In this document: positions 20,622-29,935 of the stretch, one piece after another | Numbering within the stretch: the stretch's first letter is position 1 | Layout: every line of letters begins with the position of its first letter | Virus record (IMG/VR): IMGVR_UViG_3300035034_001226 | Location: 22,721-86,720 of that record | DNA from: a virus | Direction: 5' to 3' (one strand) | DNA length: 64,000 bases | Program-made: the position numbers and the translations under genes | Notes under the pieces: generated by a model | What the model was told of the DNA's origin: nothing | Seen by the model: only the letters and a program-made list of their open reading frames with translations | Database searches by the model: none

Positions 20622-20956
20622 TAAATACGTATGATATAACCCAAATGGAAGTAAATGTAATATGGCGAAGACTGCGAGAATCAGCTAAGAAGCGTGGTAT
20701 TCCGTTTGATCTTACACCAATGGATATAACCGATATTGGGTTTCCATTATGTTGTCCAGTTTTAAATGAACCCATATATTTCAATAAAGGAAAGCCTAGA
20801 TGGAATTCAATATCATATGATAGAATTGACTCCAATCTAGGCTATACTCGTGATAATCTAGTTGTTGTTTCATTTAAGGTGAATAGAATTAAATCTGATT
20901 ACACCCTAGACGAAATACAAAAAGTTCTAGACTACTATAAAAGCACAGAGTTCTAG
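20552..20956 (+). CDS. His-Me finger (HNH-like) endonuclease
   Basis: CPVL...SYDRIDSNLGYTRDNLVVVSFKVNRIK pattern. Confidence 0.7.
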   Translation: MMFQYEICIINNGMKTNTHKSDSLNTYDITQMEVNVIWRRLRESAKKRGIPFDLTPMDITDIGFPLCCPVLNEPIYFNKGKPRWNSISYDRIDSNLGYTRDNLVVVSFKVNRIKSDYTLDEIQKVLDYYKSTEF

Positions 20957-22087
20957 TTATTGGTACTCTGTTGCCTTAGAGCTTTTACGTAGAAGATAAT
21001 CCTCACTGACACTCTTCAACAATACTCTGCCAATAGTGTCATCTCTGCGCTCTTTCAATGGTCGTACAACAAGACCCTCTCTGATGTTTACTTCTTTACC
21101 AGAGACAGTTTCACGGCCATCTGTGTGATCCCGTAATGCACCCTCTGAGAATGGTCCACGATAAAGTTCGGGAACAATTCCAATATGGGCACCATCAAAT
21201 ACGTTATTCATATATCCAATTTGACCTATCATATCATCATATCCCATATAATCACCCTGAAAATTATCATGTGACATATAGATATCAAAAACTCGGAATC
21301 CCTTTTTATTACTAGAATCATATTTCAGGTCTTGAACACCATAAATCTCACCTAATATATAAACATTAGGTATACCACATAATAGCCGTAAGGTCTGAAG
21401 ATACTTACCAATACCCAATTCATAGAACGTCTTAACATAAACATTATCTTTATTTACATCACCCATCTGGAATGCAAATCCCTTTCCACTGTGACCTTTA
21501 CTGGTAACAATATAGTCATGACCTACCATTCCAAAGCAAGCCCAAGTACCATGAATTTTTTCGGTAAATACAACATCTTCACCGTCTTTAATTACATTAG
21601 GATGTGACTTGATATTCTCAATATCATATTTCAAGGTGGAACCAAATGGTGGAGTCCATAGAGCACCATTCATACTGGTTGGAATTTCAGGTACATACTT
21701 TTCAATACCTAGAAACTCGGCAACATCATCACCGCAAAATACTTCTTTTAGTTGATCATTCTCACCTTCCAATAATCCATCATCATTCAATGGTAAAATT
21801 AGCCCCTGTGATAGATTACCACGCAATTTAATTGCTTTAATTCTATTACCACGGGAACCGTTAAGCTTGCCCTTATCAGAATCTTCATCCCAAAATCCAA
21901 GTTTCACCCCCAGCCATTTAGGAATAAGGGATGCTTCAGGTATATATACTACCATATCACCTGATGTATAACTGCCCCGTGAGGCAATTGCATTGTATCC
22001 ATCAATTCGAACCATTTCCAAATTATCAGAGTTCTCTGCTGGAAATACATCTAATACTTTTTTTACTAAAACTTTAAAATCACTCAT
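20957..22087 (-). CDS. RNA ligase, Rnl2/DRB0094 type with N-terminal OB-like domain
   Basis: TEKIHGT adenylation motif, GEIYG, FDI, REGLVVR, LKSVSEDYL. Confidence 0.88.
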   Translation of the reverse strand: MSDFKVLVKKVLDVFPAENSDNLEMVRIDGYNAIASRGSYTSGDMVVYIPEASLIPKWLGVKLGFWDEDSDKGKLNGSRGNRIKAIKLRGNLSQGLILPLNDDGLLEGENDQLKEVFCGDDVAEFLGIEKYVPEIPTSMNGALWTPPFGSTLKYDIENIKSHPNVIKDGEDVVFTEKIHGTWACFGMVGHDYIVTSKGHSGKGFAFQMGDVNKDNVYVKTFYELGIGKYLQTLRLLCGIPNVYILGEIYGVQDLKYDSSNKKGFRVFDIYMSHDNFQGDYMGYDDMIGQIGYMNNVFDGAHIGIVPELYRGPFSEGALRDHTDGRETVSGKEVNIREGLVVRPLKERRDDTIGRVLLKSVSEDYLLRKSSKATEYQ

Positions 22088-22182
22088 TAATATTCCTTAT
22101 TCCAATGTAATTTAATATTTAAAATTATACGTACCCTTGGCAACAAGATTTCCCGCCAATTCACGATTTAAACGATTAGACA

Positions 22183-22818
22183 TTAGACATTAGACATACC
22201 ACCCATACCTGTTACATCATACCAATTTAATTTAATATAACTTACAACAAAATCGAGAACTTGTTGAGAATTATTATCGTCATATTTTTCAACCACAATA
22301 CCAGTATGCCTCGTTATATTTTTAAAATAATGCTTCATCAGATCACTACTAGCATTTACCATATGAAGTATTCTACTAGCATATACATTAAGTGTTGTTT
22401 CTGAAAGTTCTTCTTCAGAAAATCTTTTAAGTAATCTGTACATTTGGACTTTAGGATCAATATCAATATAAAAATTTGATATTTCATAATCATCAAGTTC
22501 AGGGGAGCAATTAATACTATTAACACCTTTAAGGTCTAAGATCACAACTGGAATTTTACCCAAATCCACAATTCTTTCGATTTCGTCTAAGGTGCAACCA
22601 TACCACGATTCATTAAATTCTGATTTCTCAAGCAATACTAGATTATCAAATTTACACTTAGATACAAAATAGTAATCAATGCCATGCATTTCACCTGTTC
22701 GTGTTTCACGAGTGGTGTTGGATATTACCTCTGCGAAGTTTCTAGTATCACATAACTCTTTAGTTAGGGTAGATTTACCACTACAAGTAGGTCCAGAAAT
22801 TGTTAATAATTTTTTCAT
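22183..22818 (-). CDS. gmk: Guanylate kinase-like protein
   Basis: SGPTCSGKST, TTRETRTGEMHGIDYYF, WYG. Confidence 0.85.
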   Translation of the reverse strand: MKKLLTISGPTCSGKSTLTKELCDTRNFAEVISNTTRETRTGEMHGIDYYFVSKCKFDNLVLLEKSEFNESWYGCTLDEIERIVDLGKIPVVILDLKGVNSINCSPELDDYEISNFYIDIDPKVQMYRLLKRFSEEELSETTLNVYASRILHMVNASSDLMKHYFKNITRHTGIVVEKYDDNNSQQVLDFVVSYIKLNWYDVTGMGGMSNV

Positions 22819-22868
22819 ATATACTCCAATTATAATTTAAAGCATTATAACTGAAGTATATTCTATTG

Positions 22869-23513
22869 TCAACGACTCTTAGGAACTCTTACCATATTTA
22901 GTTCACCACCTGTTCTCATCCAATGTGAATCGGTTTGAACATGACCTTCCCTAACATATTTTGCAACACATTTAGTAAAATCATTACGATGAAAACTGTC
23001 TGCGATGCGGATGACATAACCCTCATGTTTAGAATCCATATCTTCAGTATGAAGTTCCTTAATAAGAGTTTCATCATATACACCACGATATAGTACAGAT
23101 ACCATACTTAACTCTAAATCACTTGCAATCTTTAAGGTATCATTCCATGATGCACAAACATCACCTTCCCAAAAACCAAACATAAGAAAATATGATGGTA
23201 AGTCAGTATATACTATACTATGAACCCAAAACATATTTTCACCACAAATACTTTGATTTTCACTAAGTTTAAATCGTATGGTTGAATGTAGCGATTTTAC
23301 CCAAGTTCTGGATGGATGGTATTTACTATCTATTGATCTTGCATGTATATGATCATCATACATAGTAGTATTCTCACCATCCATCTTTCTAGTCACTACA
23401 ACTTCTTTACCGTCAAAAAAATCCATATCATTACGGACTTTATCATCACTAGTAATAGCTTTACTCCAAGGCACATGGAATGTTCTTGGATATTTCTTAT
23501 ATTTTGTATTCAT
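22869..23513 (-). CDS. RNA ligase family protein (Rnl2-like, short)
   Basis: KYPRTFH, TRKMDGEN, CGEN, EGYVIR, AKYVR motifs. Confidence 0.8.
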   Translation of the reverse strand: MNTKYKKYPRTFHVPWSKAITSDDKVRNDMDFFDGKEVVVTRKMDGENTTMYDDHIHARSIDSKYHPSRTWVKSLHSTIRFKLSENQSICGENMFWVHSIVYTDLPSYFLMFGFWEGDVCASWNDTLKIASDLELSMVSVLYRGVYDETLIKELHTEDMDSKHEGYVIRIADSFHRNDFTKCVAKYVREGHVQTDSHWMRTGGELNMVRVPKSR

Positions 23514-23583
23514 TGTATTTTACCATATGGTTTCGTTAAATATGGATATTATCAGATTGCTTTACGATTGTAAAGCTTTAATG

Positions 23584-23661
23584 TGGTAGCAAGGGGTGGA
23601 TTTGAACCACCGATTTCCAGTTTATGAAACTGATGAGATAGCCAGACTTCTCTACCCTGCT
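23584..23661 (-). tRNA. tRNA-Met (CAU), fMet-like D arm
   Basis: TCAGT-TTCATAA-ACTGG, AGAGAAG..TCTC D arm, CCA. Confidence 0.85.
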
Positions 23662-23729
23662 ATAATAAATGAACTCCGACCACCCACATTTATAAACAAG
23701 GAGGTCGAGGTGGTCGAAGTTCTACTCAA

Positions 23730-24338
23730 CTATTGTTTAAGTGTTGATGAAGATGAAACAATATCTGCCAATTTCTTATCAGCCTCTTCACTTGATGCAC
23801 CACTACGAAAGCTAGTTGCATACACACTAACAGCATCGTAAGAATCTGAAATGCCCCTTGAAGTCCCCCCAAATGAAAATGCTTTACCCATATCCATTCC
23901 TAGACTCTTAGCTTCACTCAATGACTTTTCATCTGATCCAATGAAAATAAATTCCCATTTATTTTCTCGCATTTCAGAAATTAAACTACTTATGGCAGAG
24001 GCATTTTTCCATTCAGTACTTCTATTCTCCTGACCATCCGTAACAACTACAAATATTTTCTTACCTGTAACATTAGAATCCTTAACTGCATTTGCAGTTC
24101 TCCCAATAGCATCAAATAATGCTGTCATACCCCTTGGGACAAGTTTATATTCTTTAAATTCCTTGATATTTACATTTTCAGCTAACATATCATAATTTTC
24201 ATCAAACTCAACAAAGGTTAGTTCCGCCTCACCAATTTCTTTTTGCTCATTAATAAATGAGTTTACACCACCTTCAGCATCCGATTTTATTAAATCCATT
24301 GACCCTGATCTATCCACAACTACTACAATTTTATCCAT
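23730..24338 (-). CDS. vWA domain protein
   Basis: DRSGSM MIDAS motif, TALFDAI, VVTDGQEN. Confidence 0.85.
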   Translation of the reverse strand: MDKIVVVVDRSGSMDLIKSDAEGGVNSFINEQKEIGEAELTFVEFDENYDMLAENVNIKEFKEYKLVPRGMTALFDAIGRTANAVKDSNVTGKKIFVVVTDGQENRSTEWKNASAISSLISEMRENKWEFIFIGSDEKSLSEAKSLGMDMGKAFSFGGTSRGISDSYDAVSVYATSFRSGASSEEADKKLADIVSSSSTLKQ

Positions 24339-24360
24339 TATTATTCCCTTTTATGTTTTT

Positions 24361-24759
24361 TTATTCTCGTACAAAGCTTATATGATATAGTGTTAATACA
24401 CTATGATCGGTACGCTCGGTTACACTCTCATATAAAAATACCTTAGCACTACACTTACCTTCACCACTGAGAATCTTATCAAGTTCAAGACCCATATCAG
24501 TATCTAATGTTTTTATACCAACATATAAAATATCATCTTCTATATATGCTCGTATAACTTTATGGCTGGCTAGTTTAACATCTAATGTTGGATCATCTAC
24601 GGTTAGATCAGTAGAATCTAACAACATTCCAACTCTAAGATCACGCTGATTAAAAAGATCAACTGCCCTTTCTAAAATATCAAGTGGGTATTGCTCGCCA
24701 ACTATATGATCACCAATTGTTAAATTGGTTTTAACTTTAATCTTATGTTTCATAAACAC
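24361..24759 (-). CDS. Prohead protease (gp21/U9)-like paralog, probably degenerate
   Basis: YPLDILERAV, ASHKV and LDTDMG match gp21 motifs; GVSSRG motif eroded. Confidence 0.45.
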   Translation of the reverse strand: MFMKHKIKVKTNLTIGDHIVGEQYPLDILERAVDLFNQRDLRVGMLLDSTDLTVDDPTLDVKLASHKVIRAYIEDDILYVGIKTLDTDMGLELDKILSGEGKCSAKVFLYESVTERTDHSVLTLYHISFVRE

Positions 24760-24774
24760 CTCACAATTTAGGTA

Positions 24775-25383
24775 TTATAAGTTTTTATAATCTTCCAAAT
24801 TTACTGGAATCTCAATACCACATGTCCAACGTAGATATGACACATAAAGTAGTGGATCAGCACCAATTCCTAACCAACTTGGGTCTGAAGGTGTTGGACA
24901 TGGTGCCCAAAGATTTTCTGCTTTGGATTCTAAAAATGACCCATCCCCCTCAATATCAACTTGGGTAAAATTATCATCTGTCAATTTTACCATAAATAAA
25001 TGGTATACTGTGTCCGATGCCTTTGACCCTCGAACTACACCTAATGATGTGATGTGAGAATTATCTTTCAGTACTATTCCTGCTTCTTCCCTTAACTCTT
25101 CAATTGCGGTGTGAAATGGTGTTTCATGCTTCTCGCGTTCCCAACCACCAGTTATTGAACTAATATGATTTCCATAGGCACTCCAAGCTGGAGTAAACTC
25201 ATTACGTACAATCATATTACCATTTATATGAACCGGCATGATTGAAACAATATGACCTTCACATCGACTCTCATGCATGTACTCGTACTTATAATTATCA
25301 GTTTCAATAGTTCTAAGATTAATGAATTTACCATCATATACATTCTTGGTAATTGGAATATCATTACATATCATATTTTCCAT
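24775..25383 (-). CDS. NUDIX hydrolase
   Basis: GGWEREKHETPFHTAIEELREEAG Nudix box. Confidence 0.85.
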   Translation of the reverse strand: MENMICNDIPITKNVYDGKFINLRTIETDNYKYEYMHESRCEGHIVSIMPVHINGNMIVRNEFTPAWSAYGNHISSITGGWEREKHETPFHTAIEELREEAGIVLKDNSHITSLGVVRGSKASDTVYHLFMVKLTDDNFTQVDIEGDGSFLESKAENLWAPCPTPSDPSWLGIGADPLLYVSYLRWTCGIEIPVNLEDYKNL

Positions 25384-25437
25384 TAATTATTCTCCATTTT
25401 TAAGTATTATATCATAGTACTGATGAGAATACAAGTA

Positions 25438-25893
25438 TTAAACTATGAGAGTTCTTAACATCTGCATAGTTCTAGTCATACTGGCATCATGTTGATTCAC
25501 ATTTAATTGTAATACAGTTGTTACGGTGGTTCGAGTTTCAGTATCATATTCTTCACGTATAGTACCTGAAGACGTACTTATTATTGGTTCACGTATAGTA
25601 CCTGAAGACGTACTTATTATTGGTTCACAAGAAAAAATAGACCGTAATTGTATTCCACCTTCCAAATCAGCATTATCTGGTAAATATTTTGAATTCTCTA
25701 TTGTTATAGATAAAATTTCAGTCCTCTCGAATGTGGTCGGTGAGATAACCGTTGAAGTTCTAATAGCCGATACTCGTATTAAGTACTGGTTCCCTAAGCC
25801 ACATGTTAGAACATAATCATATTCATCATATTCATCATATTCATCATATTCAGATATATTAGATTTTTCCAAGTATTCCTTCACCTTTAACAA
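25438..25893 (-). CDS. Hypothetical protein with internal tandem duplications
   Basis: EYD x4 and REPIISTSSGTI x2. Confidence 0.55.
   Translation of the reverse strand: MLKVKEYLEKSNISEYDEYDEYDEYDYVLTCGLGNQYLIRVSAIRTSTVISPTTFERTEILSITIENSKYLPDNADLEGGIQLRSIFSCEPIISTSSGTIREPIISTSSGTIREEYDTETRTTVTTVLQLNVNQHDASMTRTMQMLRTLIV
25552..25628. repeat. 36-bp tandem duplication
   Basis: ttcacgtatagtacctgaagacgtacttattattgg twice. Confidence 0.9.
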
Positions 25894-26143
25894 ATGTTAC
25901 ACTCTTAGAACCAATTTCATATGTTTTCTCGTGGGCCATATTCCATGCTATACGATCACCTACTTCTACGCCAGCCGTGTGGAACTTTCCTTCACTATCG
26001 TACCCACCTGATCCAACTTCCAGTACTGTGCCAATTCTAGGCTTACCTTTGATCGCTTTAGGTAGTATGATACCACCTTCACTTTCACGTTCCGTTTCTT
26101 CTCGGTTTACGATAACTACATTGTGTCTTGGTTTAATCTTCAT
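25859..26143 (-). CDS. groES: Co-chaperonin GroES
   Basis: IKPRHNVVIV...GGIILP...GTVLEVGSG...VEVGDRI. Confidence 0.9.
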   Translation of the reverse strand: MKIKPRHNVVIVNREETERESEGGIILPKAIKGKPRIGTVLEVGSGGYDSEGKFHTAGVEVGDRIAWNMAHEKTYEIGSKSVTFVKGEGILGKI

Positions 26144-26178
26144 TATTATATCCTGTTTTAATTATTTACTGTATTAAA

Positions 26179-26385
26179 TTAAGATGTTTCTTCTTTTTTA
26201 TTTACAGCTATATTAGTTGCTGGCAATGAACCAAAGATTTCATCCACATCTATTTCGTCTTTCATTGGTGATGATGGTATTAAAAAATCTAAAATCTTGC
26301 TTCCTATCACAGCTACTGTAGATATTACAAAAAGTGATATTAGTAATCCAACGCCTACCAAAAAGGTTATGATTGGTTCAAACAT
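26179..26385 (-). CDS. Small membrane protein
   Basis: Hydrophobic N-terminal segment. Confidence 0.5.
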   Translation of the reverse strand: MFEPIITFLVGVGLLISLFVISTVAVIGSKILDFLIPSSPMKDEIDVDEIFGSLPATNIAVNKKEETS

Positions 26386-26485
26386 TATGTTTCCCTTATA
26401 TAGTTGGTGGGGTGAATGGTTCGAGCCATTATCTCCAGATGTTTTATCTGGCGTTTTTCCTTTAAACTATAACCCCATTGTTTCT

Positions 26486-26749
26486 TTATATGTCATTAAT
26501 ATATTCGCTATATGTTAACATATTTCGCCTTTCAGGTAAAGTTAACTCATTATTCTTTCTAGGATTTATATGACACAAACAACTCGAACAAGTTGTTTGT
26601 GTTCTACTTAATCGTGCGCCTGCAATATCTAACCATTCTTCATCTAATTTAAATGATTGGTGATACCAATCATTACGCCTTATTTTCTTCCATTTAGCCT
26701 TTAGTCGTACATAATGACTTCTACGCACTGATCGTTTCATGTTTTTCAT
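26486..26749 (-). CDS. Hypothetical protein
   Basis: 87-aa basic ORF with CSSCLC. Confidence 0.55.
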   Translation of the reverse strand: MKNMKRSVRRSHYVRLKAKWKKIRRNDWYHQSFKLDEEWLDIAGARLSRTQTTCSSCLCHINPRKNNELTLPERRNMLTYSEYINDI

Positions 26750-26855
26750 AACAGTTTTCCCTTTGGTTATAGGATGTCATGATTATTGGGAATTACTTAA
26801 TCATGACTATCACATGAAACTGTTATACATTTGTTTATCCTCATAGTAGACCTAT

Positions 26856-27107
26856 TTATAATACTTCCTCAACGTTACCATCAATGTAAAATCTAATTTG
26901 ATGCATACCTGATTTGGTTATCCGTTTATTAACTGTGATGAATTTAGCAGCCCTTAATACTTCAAGCATTGTGGCATTAACATATACCCCCCAACTAACC
27001 TTAACAAGAGCTATTTTAAATTCATGTAACTTTTCATTATCTGAATATGATGAATATGATTCTTCGAATAATTCTAATACTTGTTTATCTGTTAGTGGCT
27101 CTTTCAT
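26856..27107 (-). CDS. Hypothetical protein
   Basis: 83-aa ORF behind a sigma70 promoter. Confidence 0.55.
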   Translation of the reverse strand: MKEPLTDKQVLELFEESYSSYSDNEKLHEFKIALVKVSWGVYVNATMLEVLRAAKFITVNKRITKSGMHQIRFYIDGNVEEVL

Positions 27108-27113
27108 TACCGA

Positions 27114-27142
27114 ATTATACTATTAAATTGGATTTATGTCAA
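27114..27142 (-). promoter_or_regulatory. sigma70 consensus promoter
   Basis: TTGACA-17-TATAAT. Confidence 0.8.
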
Positions 27143-27161
27143 CAAATTAATAAATAGTACT

Positions 27162-27641
27162 ATGAAAGTTAAAGACATAATCTTAGAACGTGCTACTATA
27201 ACTCAAGGTAAGGACAAGGCTGAAATGGCATACCTAACCAAAGTTGCTGAATTTCTATCAAATCACCTTGGAATAGATAATACTGAGCTAACTATATCAC
27301 TTGATCCACCAGTTGATCTTGATAAGAGTCAGTATGGTGTAACTGTAGGTATTGGGCATAAGCCAAAGAAAATATTCATTATGCTTGATAGTGGATTATC
27401 TACTGGTGAAAAAATTAGAACTTTAGCACATGAAATGGTTCATGCTCATCAGATTGCACGGGGTGATTTAGCTATCCTATCATTAGAAGATGGTAAGATT
27501 AAAGGTGAATGGGAAGGTGAAGAATTTAACTTTATTAGGTATAGTAGGTCGAATCCTTGGGAAGTCGAAGCATACACCAAGGAAAAGACTCTACATAAAC
27601 TGGTAATCAATAAAATTGGGAACTATCAATCATCAGACTGA
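27162..27641 (+). CDS. HExxH zinc metallopeptidase-like protein
   Basis: TLAHEMVHAHQ...NPWEVEAY; AATAAATA at 27149-27156. Confidence 0.7.
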   Translation: MKVKDIILERATITQGKDKAEMAYLTKVAEFLSNHLGIDNTELTISLDPPVDLDKSQYGVTVGIGHKPKKIFIMLDSGLSTGEKIRTLAHEMVHAHQIARGDLAILSLEDGKIKGEWEGEEFNFIRYSRSNPWEVEAYTKEKTLHKLVINKIGNYQSSD

Positions 27642-27738
27642 TCGTTATTATCATCTGGCATAAGTTTACCAACATACCACAAAAAATCGAACCATTTAAT
27701 TGTTAAATAATCTATTACCTTTTCCATTTTATATTCCT

Positions 27739-28083
27739 TTATGATTTTGTGTTTGGTAGTTGTGTGTGGGGATCATACACAACTTTACCATTATACTTAA
27801 ACTTCTCTTGTAACTCATGAACAACAGCAGCTTCAGTAGCTTTATATATCGTCCTAACTACTTCACTTTCAGTAGACTCATTTTCCACAATCCACGGTCT
27901 ACACTCTGCTCGTAATGGTTCCCCAGAAATCGTACATATTGTATCGAAAACTACCTTCACTGTAATTACATTTTCACCGATAACATCAACCGTAAAACTA
28001 TAATTTTCATATTCTAAATTACTAATAACTCTATTAACCATATCAAGAGTCATTCTTACTGAATAGTGCATGTCACCCTCCAT
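27739..28083 (-). CDS. Hypothetical protein
   Basis: 114-aa ORF. Confidence 0.6.
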   Translation of the reverse strand: MEGDMHYSVRMTLDMVNRVISNLEYENYSFTVDVIGENVITVKVVFDTICTISGEPLRAECRPWIVENESTESEVVRTIYKATEAAVVHELQEKFKYNGKVVYDPHTQLPNTKS

Positions 28084-28114
28084 TTATTCTATATTACCAC
28101 AAGCATTACATTTG

Positions 28115-28531
28115 TCAATACTTTTCTACTCCAATTGACAAATGTAATGGAAAATGTGTTGGTCGTTTGAATTCATGTCTGATATTCATTAAAAAATCAC
28201 ATTTAACTTCAACCGTCCAATAATCATCCCTAGATGACCGTTCAGGAGAAATATTATATTTAAATGGTACTACCATACCATTATATTTTTTCCACAAGTG
28301 CATTAGTTTAGGGGTTGGTTTTTCACCACGGATTATAGATATGTGTGCATCCCATGAAGGCTGTAGCATATCGTGAAGGTGAAATTCTTTCTGTAACCAC
28401 CAACGATAATATCGAGTGATTTCACGGTCAACTTCAGCCACACACCACCAGTCCACACGGTGTTTCATACCACCACGATAAGGATCATATACTATCTTTG
28501 CTTTGCTTTCCAGCCACATATCTTCATTCAT
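28115..28531 (-). CDS. 2H phosphoesterase superfamily candidate
   Basis: Two HxS motifs: AHISII and LHLSIG. Confidence 0.55.
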   Translation of the reverse strand: MNEDMWLESKAKIVYDPYRGGMKHRVDWWCVAEVDREITRYYRWWLQKEFHLHDMLQPSWDAHISIIRGEKPTPKLMHLWKKYNGMVVPFKYNISPERSSRDDYWTVEVKCDFLMNIRHEFKRPTHFPLHLSIGVEKY

Positions 28532-28578
28532 GAAAAAAGTATAACAGAAGTTAAATTCACATGCAATGTATTATTTCA

Positions 28579-28893
28579 CTAAGTCAATAATTTGCTTTTT
28601 AGAGTGGCTAATTCTTTATTGGAATTTATTTTCAAATATAAATCCGATGGGTGAAATCCGTCTTTCCAACAAGTACCAAGAGTGGTGTGATATTCTTCAG
28701 CTAGAAGGTGATGGTGAGGGCATAGGGATATTCCATTTTCTCTGACATATCCACCATTCGGCATATCATTACGATCTGTTATATGATGTGCATCTAACTC
28801 TTCAGTTATATCACAAAATACACATTTATATCCATCTCGTAAAAATACACTGTCTCTGAAATTCTGCCGTATCTGTTTCTTTTTACTACTCAT
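28579..28893 (-). CDS. HNH endonuclease (start at MSSKKK)
   Basis: RDGYKCVFC...AHHI...NGISLCPHHH; the track's longer start lies inside tRNA-Cys. Confidence 0.85.
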   Translation of the reverse strand: MSSKKKQIRQNFRDSVFLRDGYKCVFCDITEELDAHHITDRNDMPNGGYVRENGISLCPHHHLLAEEYHTTLGTCWKDGFHPSDLYLKINSNKELATLKSKLLT

Positions 28894-28894
28894 T

Positions 28895-28968
28895 TGGAGA
28901 TTGAGGTGGGATTCGAACCCACGTATGGAGGTTTGCAATCTCCTGTATAGCCACTCTACCACTCAACC
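28895..28968 (-). tRNA. tRNA-Cys (GCA)
   Basis: GGAGA-TTGCAAA-CCTCC, U73, CCA. Confidence 0.9.
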
Positions 28969-29015
28969 ATAATTATTTAAACTATTTAATTCATAATACT
29001 ATAATATTATAATAT

Positions 29016-29092
29016 TGGCGAGTCAGGAGGGATTCGAACCCCCGGCATCTAGTTTTGGAGACTAGCGTTCTACCAGACTGAACTACAGACCC
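29016..29092 (-). tRNA. tRNA-Trp (CCA)
   Basis: CTAGT-CTCCAAA-ACTAG, CCA end. Confidence 0.92.
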
Positions 29093-29115
29093 GTATATTT
29101 ATTTACTGTATTTAT

Positions 29116-29466
29116 TTACCATAATGGCAATCCACCAGTAATCTTATCAATTTCATCCTTATCATATGGTCCAACATATGCACATGTATCAGTAGGTACT
29201 CCACCAAATTCAGTTAGTCCAGCATCTGTAATTATACCAGATGGTATTCCAAGGTCATTGGCTTTAGTAACAATTTCATTAAGTTCATCATTAGATGATA
29301 CAGTAACACATATCTTAACCCACCTACCACTTCCATTATTATACTCTTGAACGTGAGGTGAATCTCTATCAAATAATGCTTTCTGGACAGCATGTCATCC
29401 TTGTGCAACAGCCTTACCTTTACGCATTCCTAAATCTTTACGCATTACTATTACTAATTTCATCAT
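29116..29466 (-). pseudogene. pth2: Peptidyl-tRNA hydrolase PTH2 with in-frame TGA at codon 24 (pseudogene or readthrough)
   Basis: MMKLVIVMRKDLGMRKGKAVAQG*HA...KICVTV...ITDAGLTEFGGVPTDTCAYVGP...IDKITGGLPLW; TGA at 29395-29397; absent from ORF track. Confidence 0.85.
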
Positions 29467-29472
29467 GAAGAT

Positions 29473-29501
29473 ATTATATATTACTAATATGTGTATGTCA
29501 A
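29473..29501 (-). promoter_or_regulatory. sigma70 consensus promoter for pth2-tRNA operon
   Basis: TTGACA-17-TATAAT. Confidence 0.8.
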
Positions 29502-29935
29502 CTGTTTAGAGGAAATAATGACCCTAAAAGAGATTCATATATTAATACGGTGTCACTATCAATACCATCACCTAAAAGTTTCCGAGCATATGCTATGTCG
29601 ATTATCTTAGGTGAATCTAAAATCACATCATCATCCCAAATAACTTCTTCAACATATCCAACTCTGGGCATAGTTCTAGTCTTAAACCATACTGCAACAA
29701 TTGGATCATCTTCATCTGCACCATCATGGCTAAGATGAGTGGTCTGTACAGTTGGTACGAACCTTCCGTAGTTAACAGATACTGCTTGATTGCCAGCTAT
29801 ACCCATCTTCTTATAGATTGGCTTAGTCTTAAGCATTCCAGATTCTAAAATTTCCTGTGCTCTACTTTTATAAGTGAAATGAAGAAATGTATCTTCACTT
29901 AAAATTACCTTTTTGTTATCGTTCATCACTGGCAC
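29498..29935 (-). CDS. ADP-ribosyltransferase-fold candidate
   Basis: FLHFT...AQEILESGML, AVS and late EEVIW resemble ART strands 1, 2 and 5. Confidence 0.45.
   Translation of the reverse strand: MPVMNDNKKVILSEDTFLHFTYKSRAQEILESGMLKTKPIYKKMGIAGNQAVSVNYGRFVPTVQTTHLSHDGADEDDPIVAVWFKTRTMPRVGYVEEVIWDDDVILDSPKIIDIAYARKLLGDGIDSDTVLIYESLLGSLFPLNS

Noticed and set aside
25552-25628. CRISPR array from 36-bp repeats (also 51026-51097)
   Set aside because: Two adjacent copies with no spacers and no cas genes
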